From assembly GCA_038210655.1 (NCBI GenBank), contig JBBQWM010000003.1, positions 49,729 through 113,728 on the forward strand: a DNA stretch of 64,000 bases. The letters are read 5' to 3'. Source of the DNA: Chloroflexia bacterium. GTDB taxonomy: Bacteria; Chloroflexota; Chloroflexia; Chloroheliales; Chloroheliaceae. Shown here piece after piece: positions 48,066-56,922 of the stretch. Under the pieces are notes generated by a model that did no database searches, had not been told where the DNA came from, and saw only the letters and a list, made by a program, of their open reading frames with translations. Each line of letters starts with the position of its first letter. Positions within the stretch are counted from its first letter, which is position 1. Made by a program: the position numbers and the translations under genes.

Positions 48066-48929
48066 GTGACAAAAACAGGGGGCGTTCTTTATATCGTTAG
48101 TACGCCGGTCGGCAATTTAGAAGATATTACTTTGCGGGCCTTGCGGATATTGCGTGAAGTGGGCCTGATTGCGGCGGAAGATACCCGCCACACCCGCAAA
48201 TTGCTCAATCATTTTGAAATCCCGACCCCGGCGACCGCCTATCACGAGCATAACAAGCTGACCCGATTGGATTACATTTTGGAAAAGTTGCGGGCGGGCG
48301 AAAACGTTGCGCTGGTTTCGGATGCCGGGACACCTTGTCTGTCTGACCCCGGTTGGGAATTGGTGCAGGCGGCCCTGGACGCAGGCTTGACAGTGGATGC
48401 CGTGCCGGGGCCTGCCGCCCCGATTATCGCGCTGGTCTTGAGTGGGTTCGCACCCCACGAATTTACCTATGTTGGATTTGCGCCACGCAAGAAAAGCGAA
48501 CTGATCGCCTGGTTTGCCCGGTTGCGCCCGGAGGTCGAGCGCCGCCCTCTGATCTTCTTTGAAGCGCCCCATCGTCTGGTTGCGACTTTGCAAGTGGCGC
48601 TCGAAACGCTGGGCGACCGACCTGTAGCGGTCGGGCGCGAACTAACCAAGTTGCATCAGGAAGTCCGCCGCGAGAATTTGAGTGCCGCCCTGGCCCATTT
48701 CGAGGCGACCGACCCACGTGGCGAATTTACGCTAGTATTGGCTCCTAGCTCTGGTTCGCGCCCGACCGAGCCTACCGAGGAACAGCCAGAGGTCAACCCC
48801 CTAACCCGGTTGCGCGAACTCAAGGCTAACGGCCTACGGGCCAAAGAAGCGGTTGAATTGGTTTCCAGGGAGAGCAGCCTGCCACGCCGTCAGGTCTACG
48901 AGCTTTGGCTTAAGCTTAACCCTGAATAA
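48066..48929 (+). CDS. rsmI: 16S rRNA (cytidine1402-2'-O)-methyltransferase
   Basis: LYIVSTPVGNLEDITLRAL, AAEDTR, VSDAGTP..SDPG, FEAPHR, RELTKLHQE, RGEF. Confidence 0.96.
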   Translation: MTKTGGVLYIVSTPVGNLEDITLRALRILREVGLIAAEDTRHTRKLLNHFEIPTPATAYHEHNKLTRLDYILEKLRAGENVALVSDAGTPCLSDPGWELVQAALDAGLTVDAVPGPAAPIIALVLSGFAPHEFTYVGFAPRKKSELIAWFARLRPEVERRPLIFFEAPHRLVATLQVALETLGDRPVAVGRELTKLHQEVRRENLSAALAHFEATDPRGEFTLVLAPSSGSRPTEPTEEQPEVNPLTRLRELKANGLRAKEAVELVSRESSLPRRQVYELWLKLNPE

Positions 48930-49350
48930 ATCCTAGCTTAACTTCTCATTTCTAGGGACGCTAGACCTTTACAAAGCCATTGGTTTGTAATTCGCCATAA
49001 GTGATTATAGGAAAAAGCGAATCTCGCTTTGAGCAAATCGTCACAAATTCCCTGGAGATGCTATAATAGATCGGAAATATGCGAAAAACCGGATGAATAT
49101 ATTGGCAGAGCCATAGATTTTCCGCCAGTTGATTTGTTGGATAGGCTATTAATCTCGTTAGAATATTCGTGTTGGTAGGAGCCAGCCATGCAAGCTTTAG
49201 GTGGCAGGCAATTGTGTAAAAGGGGCGCAGGACAACCCCCCGTTAATATTATAATTATCGACCCCAGTGGGGTTCCTTAATATAACAAATGGGTTAGCAA
49301 TTTTCCCCTGTATTCCCCTCAATTTTGGTGGTGAAATGAGGTATTTGATA

Positions 49351-50814
49351 ATGAACAGTTTTTCTCTCGATGCACACAACGACGAAGCTAAATTTGAAAA
49401 TAACCAGCTAAAGGATACTCTACCAGCAACCGGTTCGCCTAGTAACCAGTTGTTGGGCGCTTTGCTAGAAATGAGCCGCCAGGTAATGTCTTCGCTCGAT
49501 TTACAAGAGGTCTTAGATCGACTTACTAAGCATGCCCAAATGGTGATTGGCACCGATATGGTGTTGATTGCCCTGGTGGAAAAAGATGGGTTAACCAGGG
49601 TTAGCCATCAAGGTCTGGGAGCTAATTACGATTTTAGCCTTTCCGCCGCAAGTTATCTTGCGGGAAAAGGGTTGGGTGGTATGGCCTATAATAGTGGGCA
49701 GATTATTGCTTGTGAAGATTATTGGACCGACCCACGCATCGATCATGACCCCCTGATTGATGCGCAGACCCGCGAGGCTGAGACTGTGGCAGTATTGGTT
49801 GTACCGATCAAGTTAGGTGGTGAGACTGTAGGTCTGATGTGGGCTAACAAGGCTCAACCCTATTCCTGGACACCAACAGATTTGGTACAGGCCGGACAAT
49901 ATGGTGAGATTGCTGGACTGGCAATTTGCAATGCTCGTCTATATTTTCAGCTGGAAGTTTTGAACCGGGAATTGCAAAACCGTAATCGAGAATTAGAAGC
50001 TTTGCAGGAATTTAACCGCCGGTTGCGCGGGCCAATCGAAAGCTATGCTACCGCAGAACGAGCTTTGACGTTGGCGATGGAAGCAGTCTCGGCGGATACC
50101 GGGATACTCCATTTGCTAAACGAGCAGCACCCCCAGGAATTGGTTTTGGTGGTCGCCGTTGAGCGCGACAGCGAAGATCGGCAAAAATTGGCGGTACTAA
50201 TAAATCCCTCAACCGCTATAGCAATTCCCAAATGGCTGCGTAATATTAAGATTGGGGAGGGCCTGGTTGGTAAAGCGCTCGAGACTGGCGAGAGTATTTT
50301 GATAAAGGATATCTTGGAAAAGCGGGCGGAAGACCCTCAAGTCACCCTCGATCCGGATCCTCACTGGCGTTCCGGGCTTTTTGTACCTTTGATGGTAGCC
50401 GAACGCAAGCTGGGTGTAATTGCACTTAGCAAATGGGAACCAGGGAGTTTTTCGGAGGCCCAGTTGGGTTTTGTCGAAATGATAGCCGGGCAGATTGCGA
50501 CCGCACTGGAACAAGTCGCCAAGATCGAGGCTCAGAAAGAGCGCGAACAATTGTCGGCGGTACTGGCCCTCGCCCGGACTGCTGCCCACGATTTGAACCA
50601 ACCCTTATCGGTTTTGCAGGGCGAACTGGATTTGGTGGCTATCGCTGGCATTTCTCCCGACGAAGAAGTGCTGGCTCGTATGCAAAATGCAGTCGAACAG
50701 ATGACCACCCGTATTCGAGCCTACCAAAAGATTGTTCGGTTTCAAATGACCGAGGCCCTTCCAGGCATTACGGTGCTAAATTATCACAATGCAGGTCCTA
50801 AAAGCCCGCTATAG
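49351..50814 (+). CDS. Tandem-GAF sensor ending in a HisKA dimerisation domain, no HATPase domain
   Basis: Two GAF domains (VLVVPIKLGGETVG, LFVPLMVAERKLG); H-box AAHDLNQPL about 70 aa before the stop; no N/G boxes. Confidence 0.8.
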   Translation: MNSFSLDAHNDEAKFENNQLKDTLPATGSPSNQLLGALLEMSRQVMSSLDLQEVLDRLTKHAQMVIGTDMVLIALVEKDGLTRVSHQGLGANYDFSLSAASYLAGKGLGGMAYNSGQIIACEDYWTDPRIDHDPLIDAQTREAETVAVLVVPIKLGGETVGLMWANKAQPYSWTPTDLVQAGQYGEIAGLAICNARLYFQLEVLNRELQNRNRELEALQEFNRRLRGPIESYATAERALTLAMEAVSADTGILHLLNEQHPQELVLVVAVERDSEDRQKLAVLINPSTAIAIPKWLRNIKIGEGLVGKALETGESILIKDILEKRAEDPQVTLDPDPHWRSGLFVPLMVAERKLGVIALSKWEPGSFSEAQLGFVEMIAGQIATALEQVAKIEAQKEREQLSAVLALARTAAHDLNQPLSVLQGELDLVAIAGISPDEEVLARMQNAVEQMTTRIRAYQKIVRFQMTEALPGITVLNYHNAGPKSPL

Positions 50815-50815
50815 G

Positions 50816-51409
50816 TCAGGCGCGAATGGCGGTTTCGATATACTCGATGATATGCTCGACCGCCCGCTCCATATGAATCGGGTCGTCGTATAATTTGGTG
50901 AGCATAATGGCCCCTTCCATCAGGGCAATCAGGATGCTTGCCAATTTAATAGGGTCTACTTCGGGCCGGATTTCCCCGGTATTAATGCCATCGTTTACGA
51001 TCCGCTGGATCATGCGGAACCATTTGTCCATCGCCTTACGAGCGCGTTCGAGCAGTTGCGGATGTGCATCATCGCTTTCGATAGCGGTATTGAGGATCGG
51101 ACAGCCTCCGACTAGCACCGGGTTTTCGACTAAAATCTCAAAAACCGAAATGGTCGCCTTTAGACGGTCTATCGAGTTGGTTTTACCAGCGAGGGCCAGG
51201 CGCTGTTGGTTGGCAACCAACTCGACGGCATAATCAAAAGCTTCCAGAGCTAGTTCTTCTTTGCTCTTGAAGTGGTTGTAAATGCCGCCTTTTTCGAGGC
51301 CAGTCTCGCGCATAATATCGCTCAGAGACGCTCCAAAATAGCCTTGCCGGTTGAAAAGCTGCGCCGCTCGATCCAAAATCATCTCGCGGGTTTGATCGCC
51401 TTTGTTCAC
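50816..51409 (-). CDS. TetR family regulator (LmrA/YxaF-like)
   Basis: TREMILDRA...LSDIMRETGLEKGGIYNHFKSKEEL; GGCP; GTG start with GGGGAG RBS. Confidence 0.92.
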   Translation of the reverse strand: MNKGDQTREMILDRAAQLFNRQGYFGASLSDIMRETGLEKGGIYNHFKSKEELALEAFDYAVELVANQQRLALAGKTNSIDRLKATISVFEILVENPVLVGGCPILNTAIESDDAHPQLLERARKAMDKWFRMIQRIVNDGINTGEIRPEVDPIKLASILIALMEGAIMLTKLYDDPIHMERAVEHIIEYIETAIRA

Positions 51410-51430
51410 AAAATTTCTCCCCCATGCGTT

Positions 51431-51448
51431 ACAGACCAATCAGTCTGT
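51431..51448. promoter_or_regulatory. Probable TetR autoregulatory operator
   Basis: ACAGACCAATCAGTCTGT palindrome just upstream of the TetR start. Confidence 0.55.
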
Positions 51449-51497
51449 TTTGAAAATTGTAACAAATCCCTGGTGCTGTGTCAAGTTTATTTGCCAA

Positions 51498-51650
51498 TGG
51501 TGAGAGCCTCAAATTTGTACGGGTTGAACCAGTAAGAGCGGGCGACCGTGAAAATCTCAGCCCAAATCACTAAAAAATATCTTAGAAAAATTTCCTGCGG
51601 GAATTTTTCTAAGATATTAAATCCCTGCTTAGAGTAATGCTACGACTTGC
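51498..51650. mobile_element. MITE copy 4, degenerate, one end lost
   Basis: ggtgagagcctcaaatttgtacgggttgaacc and aatatcttagaaaaatttcctgcgggaatttttctaagatatt align to the reverse complement of copies 1-2. Confidence 0.65.
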
Positions 51651-51667
51651 GCGATCACTAATAATCT

Positions 51668-51709
51668 AAAAAGGTCAGCTATCGGAATGTGTATTTCGGA
51701 TAGCTGATC
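51668..51709 (-). terminator. Rho-independent terminator
   Basis: tcagctatccgaaat-acac-attccgatagctga followed by ccttttt on the minus strand. Confidence 0.75.
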
Positions 51710-51721
51710 GTCGCTACTTTA

Positions 51722-52432
51722 TTAGCCGCCTTGCGGACCTCGGCCTGTACCACTGCCAACCGTTTCGCGTGGCTGGGACATGCTGGTCGCTACCGCTTTC
51801 GGTCGGAGCGCCAGACTGATCCCGCCCGCTATCAAGCCTAACACACCGACCACGATCCCGATAATGCCAAAGGTGGTAGCCGAAGAAGCTTTATCGTTGG
51901 CATCCTTGACCTGCTGATCGAGGGCCGAACCGCCCGCCGCCGGGAACAACTTGGGGTCTTCAACCGAGTTGAAGCCGTCCTTGCCGGAAACGACCCGCTC
52001 GTCAATCTTGTCGCCGTTGATCGTGCCGGTAAAATGGAAAGTATACTCCCCGGCTTTGGAGGGGAAGAAGTAACCGTTGTACTTGCCATCGGCCCGGAAG
52101 CGCGGCTTGAGTTCGACCGGTAAGGTCTGGCTTCCGAAGATAACTTCGGCCTTCATGGTTTTGTCAGCATCCTTGATCGGGTTTTTCAGGCTGCCATCGT
52201 CGTTGCTGTCGCATTTGCCCTGGCAGACTGTCAGGTCGATCCCGTTCTGCCCGCCAGTAAAGGCCGGTTCACCCAAAAAGCCAAAGACAATCTCGTACTT
52301 ATCGTTGACCAACGTCCGTCTGCCGTGCGCCGAAGCCTGGTCGGTCGCCAGTAGCGCCAGCAAACTAAACATCATGAGGGCCACTAGCCCGGCAGCCATA
52401 AACTTCCGATAGTTGATCGTTGTAAGCGTCAT
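51722..52432 (-). CDS. Secreted, C-terminally membrane-anchored protein with predicted mature N-terminal His
   Basis: AGGAG RBS; signal peptide ending ASA-HGRR; C-terminal TM. Confidence 0.7.
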   Translation of the reverse strand: MTLTTINYRKFMAAGLVALMMFSLLALLATDQASAHGRRTLVNDKYEIVFGFLGEPAFTGGQNGIDLTVCQGKCDSNDDGSLKNPIKDADKTMKAEVIFGSQTLPVELKPRFRADGKYNGYFFPSKAGEYTFHFTGTINGDKIDERVVSGKDGFNSVEDPKLFPAAGGSALDQQVKDANDKASSATTFGIIGIVVGVLGLIAGGISLALRPKAVATSMSQPRETVGSGTGRGPQGG

Positions 52433-52695
52433 AATAAACATTCTCCTAAATATTAAATTAACCGCCTTCTGGCGCACGCCGGGTGGCCCGGCCCACTAAA
52501 AATGGCACCAGAATCGTGAGTGAGTTCCAATTAAACCAGCAATGGTTCCATCGATGGTATAGGTATTAGAGGTTGTAGCCTGCTTTTTATTTTTCCGAGT
52601 TGCTGCTGTGTAAAGTGCTTTTTGAGTGCTTAAAGTCGGTACTTAGCACGACACACAAAAAGACAGGAGCGATTTAATAAGCGACTTTTCTAACT

Positions 52696-53214
52696 CTAAT
52701 ACCCGGTTGAGGAAATAGTGGGAGGTTTATCAGGAGCGGTCAGATAAGGATCGAGTGGATGGGGAGTGTTATCGGAAAGTTGGCGGGCCAATAGCGTTGG
52801 CGGCTTCAAAGCCGGTAGAGCCTGGGCCTGATCGCAGGTAGGCGTGAACAGGCGGAACATCTCTGGCCCCGAATCGCTGCTATCCAGCGAGGTATAGCGA
52901 CTGTAGAAGCGTTCGGAAGGGCGCGTTTCCGGCTCAAGTACGACCTGGAATACCCCGTTTGGTTGAGGTTTGTGACTATGGGCCGCCGTTGCGCCTTCGT
53001 GGAGATGTACCAACCCGCCGAATAGCTGCAAATGAACCAGTTTTGTAGCCTCGCTGGAGGTTATACCCGCCTCGAAGCTTGCGTCACCCGGTGCAGCCAG
53101 CACCAATGCCGCACCCAGTCCGCCGTTTAGCACTGCCAGGGTCAGCAACAAAACTGCCGCCACTCGCAGCCCATGCTTGCCTAGCTTCTTCAGTTCGAGC
53201 CACAATAAGGCCAA
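52696..53214 (-). CDS. Hypothetical membrane-tethered His-motif protein with Pro-rich C-terminus
   Basis: TM segment, HLQLFGGLVHLHEG..HSH, C-terminal PDKPP. Confidence 0.5.
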   Translation of the reverse strand: MALLWLELKKLGKHGLRVAAVLLLTLAVLNGGLGAALVLAAPGDASFEAGITSSEATKLVHLQLFGGLVHLHEGATAAHSHKPQPNGVFQVVLEPETRPSERFYSRYTSLDSSDSGPEMFRLFTPTCDQAQALPALKPPTLLARQLSDNTPHPLDPYLTAPDKPPTISSTGY

Positions 53215-53343
53215 AGTTACTCTGTTTTCTGGTGCTATCTCTGGTGCTATCAGTCAGTGCTCAACTTACCAAACCATTCTAACATCGCGTGGCCTACTTG
53301 CCAATATGTCCTTAGACCTATTTAAGGCAAAAGCTAAGCTGGT

Positions 53344-53399
53344 AGGTGTCAGGTGTCAGGTGTCAGGTAAGGATCAGCTTGGCTGATACCTGACACCTA
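53344..53399. repeat. Heptamer repeats (AGGTGTC)x3 with inverted partner
   Basis: aggtgtc aggtgtc aggtgtc aggt ... ctgatacctgacaccta. Confidence 0.7.
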
Positions 53400-53426
53400 T
53401 CGACTTAGTATCCAAAGCTCAGGTCA

Positions 53427-53882
53427 TTAAACTTTATGGGTCGCGTCGTTGGCTGCGGCGGTCGTGGCGGTCAAGGGTTCCAGGTTGACTATGATAGGCT
53501 CTTGTGAATTCCGCACGATCACCCATTGCGAGGGCGTATCGGGCGAAGGATTGATCTCTTGATGCGGGACAAAAGGTGGGACAAAGATAAAATCGCCCGG
53601 TTCGACCTCTTCTTCAAATTCCATCTGGTCGCCCCAGCGCATCTTGCCCCGGCCTGACACAACATAGATAACCGTTTCCTGCTCGCCGTGATGATGTACG
53701 CCACTGGCGACATTGGGTTGCACGACGGTCACGCCTGCCCATAACCCTTCCGAACCAGTTAACTGCCGTGAGACTGCCGCCGCCCGTTGCATCCCCGGCG
53801 TTTGGGGCGTATTCGAGTCGAACATGTGCGGCTTCATGATGCGGACGGTCAGTTTTTCTTTTTCATGATTTTCTTGACTCAT
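53427..53882 (-). CDS. Cupin domain protein
   Basis: SGVHHHGEQETVIYVVSG and PGDFIFVPPFVPHQE motifs. Confidence 0.88.
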   Translation of the reverse strand: MSQENHEKEKLTVRIMKPHMFDSNTPQTPGMQRAAAVSRQLTGSEGLWAGVTVVQPNVASGVHHHGEQETVIYVVSGRGKMRWGDQMEFEEEVEPGDFIFVPPFVPHQEINPSPDTPSQWVIVRNSQEPIIVNLEPLTATTAAANDATHKV

Positions 53883-53900
53883 CAGCCTGCTCCTATTTGA

Positions 53901-55079
53901 TTACAAGTTAAATTTCCCGTCTGCCAGCAAAATCATCCCATCAGCCTCCAGAATAGCCTGTTGCACGACTAAATCCCAATGGAGGGCGCTGTTGTTGAGA
54001 CCCCCCAGGGCGCGGTTCTCGCCCAGTGCTAGATGGCAGGTTCCAATCATCTTCTCGTCGAGGAGGGTGTAGCCGGTCACACGGTTGACGGCGGGGTTGA
54101 GGCCAACCCCAAATTCACCCAACTGGGCTGAGTCGCCCCCGGCGTTAGCGACCACTTCCCGGAAAAGATCAAGGCCGTCTTTGGCCCCTAACGCTTTCAC
54201 TTGCCCGGCTTCAAAGACCAATTCGAGGCCGCGTATCGGTTGGCCCTGCCAGAAGGCCAATTCGATATAGGCGGTTCCCCAGGCGCTATCTTCCGGCGGC
54301 GCAAAACAAACCTCCCCGGACGGCAGATTGAGATAGGGCGAACCCTCCGCCAGGTCGTCCGGGCCGATCACGCCGTCATCCCGTTCGAGCGGGCGACCGC
54401 CTGCCCCCCGGCGGAGCCAAAGATCGGTGCGCCCTGCGGCATCGCGTAGCCGGATTTCACGGGCTGCCGCCAAGCGGTCGGCCAGGGCGCGGGCCTGTAC
54501 GCCAAGCGGTTCGTAATCGACCGCCATCGCTTGCCAGAACAGCTTTTGAAAGTCGAGCCAGTCGCAACCGAGCGCGGCAGCCTGCCCCGGTGTAGGCACT
54601 TCCGTCCCGATCCAACGGCGCGTCCCGTCAAAGATCACATCGCTAGGGGCTTCCTCGCTTTGCTTGAAGGCGCGAAGACGGGCGGGCGCAATATGGTCAA
54701 AGGGGCGCGGGTCGGCCCGCTCGAAAAAGGTGGTGATAACTACATCCGAAGCGGTCAGGGCCGCCACCAGTTGTGGGCTAGGCCGGGCCAACGTTTCTTC
54801 GCTAATTTGTGGATCGGCCAGCGCCGCCAGCAGCGCTGCATCGCTCCCGACTACCACAAAAGGTAGCGCGTCCAACCGGCGGCATTCCAATTCGAGCGCT
54901 TCACAAAAGTCGAGGCTATCGGCCCGACCCAGAATCGTTACCCGTTCGCCTGCCTGGACACGAGCGCTGACCCGCACCAACCGGGCGGCGATCTCGGCGG
55001 GATACCCCCATTTTGGGATCGGTTGGCTGCCCCCCGGCGGGGACTGGCGAAACGCGGGATGAGGATTGATTTCGGGCAT
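53901..55079 (-). CDS. M29 (AmpS/PepS-type) aminopeptidase
   Basis: NLPSGEV, GEFGVGLN, DEKMIGTCHLALG, HWDLV. Confidence 0.88.
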   Translation of the reverse strand: MPEINPHPAFRQSPPGGSQPIPKWGYPAEIAARLVRVSARVQAGERVTILGRADSLDFCEALELECRRLDALPFVVVGSDAALLAALADPQISEETLARPSPQLVAALTASDVVITTFFERADPRPFDHIAPARLRAFKQSEEAPSDVIFDGTRRWIGTEVPTPGQAAALGCDWLDFQKLFWQAMAVDYEPLGVQARALADRLAAAREIRLRDAAGRTDLWLRRGAGGRPLERDDGVIGPDDLAEGSPYLNLPSGEVCFAPPEDSAWGTAYIELAFWQGQPIRGLELVFEAGQVKALGAKDGLDLFREVVANAGGDSAQLGEFGVGLNPAVNRVTGYTLLDEKMIGTCHLALGENRALGGLNNSALHWDLVVQQAILEADGMILLADGKFNL

Positions 55080-55360
55080 TGGGCGATACTCCTGGTCGGG
55101 TTAAAATATGCAGCGCGGCTTGCTGAAGCTGACCACGCCTGTTTATTGTACACACTTTAAGGCCCCAATTACAAGTCATCGTTAACAATGGGCAGAGCTA
55201 CACCTACAGTATTTTGCAGAGTTATGGCTCAATTGTTTTGCAATTTGCTATAACAGCTTCACCTGTCCCTGACAATCGGGGTTCTTTGTGGGAGGGATTT
55301 CCAATCCCGATTTGGCTCTATCGGGATTGGAAATCCCTCCCACAAATCAGTAATTATGGG

Positions 55361-56623
55361 TCAGCTAGGCTCAGTGTCGGCCCCTTTCCAGACTGCCAGC
55401 CGACCGGCAACCGCTACAAAGCGGGTTGCTTCCAGGTCGGCGATATTTTGGAGCGGGTTGCCTGCAACGCCCAGCAAATCGGCCCGTTTGCCGACTGTCA
55501 GCACGCCGGTATCAGTCAGGCCGCAACCTCTGGCTGCCAGCGAGGTAGCACTCAGCAGGGCTTGATAGGGCGATAGACCAATTTCGGACACCAGCACCCC
55601 TATATCGGCGGCGAAATCCTCGAAATAGGCTCCCGGTATGCCGGAGTCGCTGCCGCTCACCAGCATTACGCCCTGGGCGTGCAGGCGGCGGAAATTCTTG
55701 TACCGCTCGAATCTTCCGGCGACCCAGGCTGCCATTGCCGGATTGTCCCGTTCGTAATTTGGGTTGGCGGCTATTTTGCGCGAGATGGCAACCCCGATAG
55801 TCGGGACGACCATTATCCCGGCCTCGGCAATTTCTGCCGCTACTTCCGGCTCGTAGACTAGGCCGGTTTTGGTTGCAAAGGTGCAATGCTCGATGGTATC
55901 GACCCGCGCCGCCACCGAATTACGCACGCCGGGGCTACCGTGAGCGTGGGAAGAAACAAGCTTGCCCAGTCGTCGGGCTTCGGCGGTGGCCGTTTTCATC
56001 TCAGCTTCGGTGTACTGCGCTTCCAGGGTATTCGTGCCGGGCGTGAGACCGCCGCCGGTCGCGAAAATCTTGATAAAATCGGCTCCGGCTTTGACTTGCG
56101 AACGTACCGCTTTGCGTACCTCATCGGCGCTATCGGCCTCGATCCCAAAGTAGTAGCAATGCCCGCCGGTAGTCGTGATGCCGTGACCACTGGCTATCAC
56201 CCTCGGCCCGGTCAGCAAACCGCTTTGGACGGCATTCCTGACCGCAAAGACTACTTCGTTGAGCGTACCACAGTCGCGGATAGTTGTTATGCCCGCCTGC
56301 AAAGACCGTTGCAAATTATCGACCGCCCGCAAGGTGAGGGTCGGCAGACCCGCCGCCTGCTCTTTGAAATAATCCGCCAGGACCGTATCGGAGGCGGTAA
56401 AAGTCAGGTGGGTGTGCATATTAATCAGACCCGGCAGGAGGGTACAATCGCCCAGGTCGTAAAGGGTTGCATCCATCTCCTGAGCAGCCTGACTCCCTAG
56501 TTCGCTTTGTCGCCCGATAGCGGCAATCTTACCCTCTTTGACCAACAAAAACGGGGTAGGCCATACTTCCGAAGCGACCCCATCCCACAGGCGGGCCGCT
56601 TTAATCAACATATTTTGAGGCAT
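55361..56623 (-). CDS. Metal-dependent amidohydrolase (Xaa-Pro dipeptidase-like)
   Basis: PGLINMHTH, GITTIRDCG, GGH, IKIFATGG, SHAHG, IEHC, GSDSG, GKRADL. Confidence 0.9.
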   Translation of the reverse strand: MPQNMLIKAARLWDGVASEVWPTPFLLVKEGKIAAIGRQSELGSQAAQEMDATLYDLGDCTLLPGLINMHTHLTFTASDTVLADYFKEQAAGLPTLTLRAVDNLQRSLQAGITTIRDCGTLNEVVFAVRNAVQSGLLTGPRVIASGHGITTTGGHCYYFGIEADSADEVRKAVRSQVKAGADFIKIFATGGGLTPGTNTLEAQYTEAEMKTATAEARRLGKLVSSHAHGSPGVRNSVAARVDTIEHCTFATKTGLVYEPEVAAEIAEAGIMVVPTIGVAISRKIAANPNYERDNPAMAAWVAGRFERYKNFRRLHAQGVMLVSGSDSGIPGAYFEDFAADIGVLVSEIGLSPYQALLSATSLAARGCGLTDTGVLTVGKRADLLGVAGNPLQNIADLEATRFVAVAGRLAVWKGADTEPS

Positions 56624-56922
56624 TTTCTCTCACTCCCCTGTAACTAACACTCTCATTCTCCCTGGCAACTGGCTACATTTTCACAGAAATTAAGCCTAAA
56701 AGAAAATCAGGTCGCCTTTGTAATCTAGGCCACTTTTCAAAAAAAATATTGCTTTTAGTATTGGGATTGGCTATAATTTGATTGTATTTGCAGTGCAGTT
56801 CCTTCTCAAGCAAATCTTCTAATAATTACACGGCCCATTACAAACGCCAATGTGTTTTTAGCCTGATTAAGATCGCAGCTTTTAGCTACATCAAGTTAAT
56901 ATCATTCTAAAAAGGGGAATCG

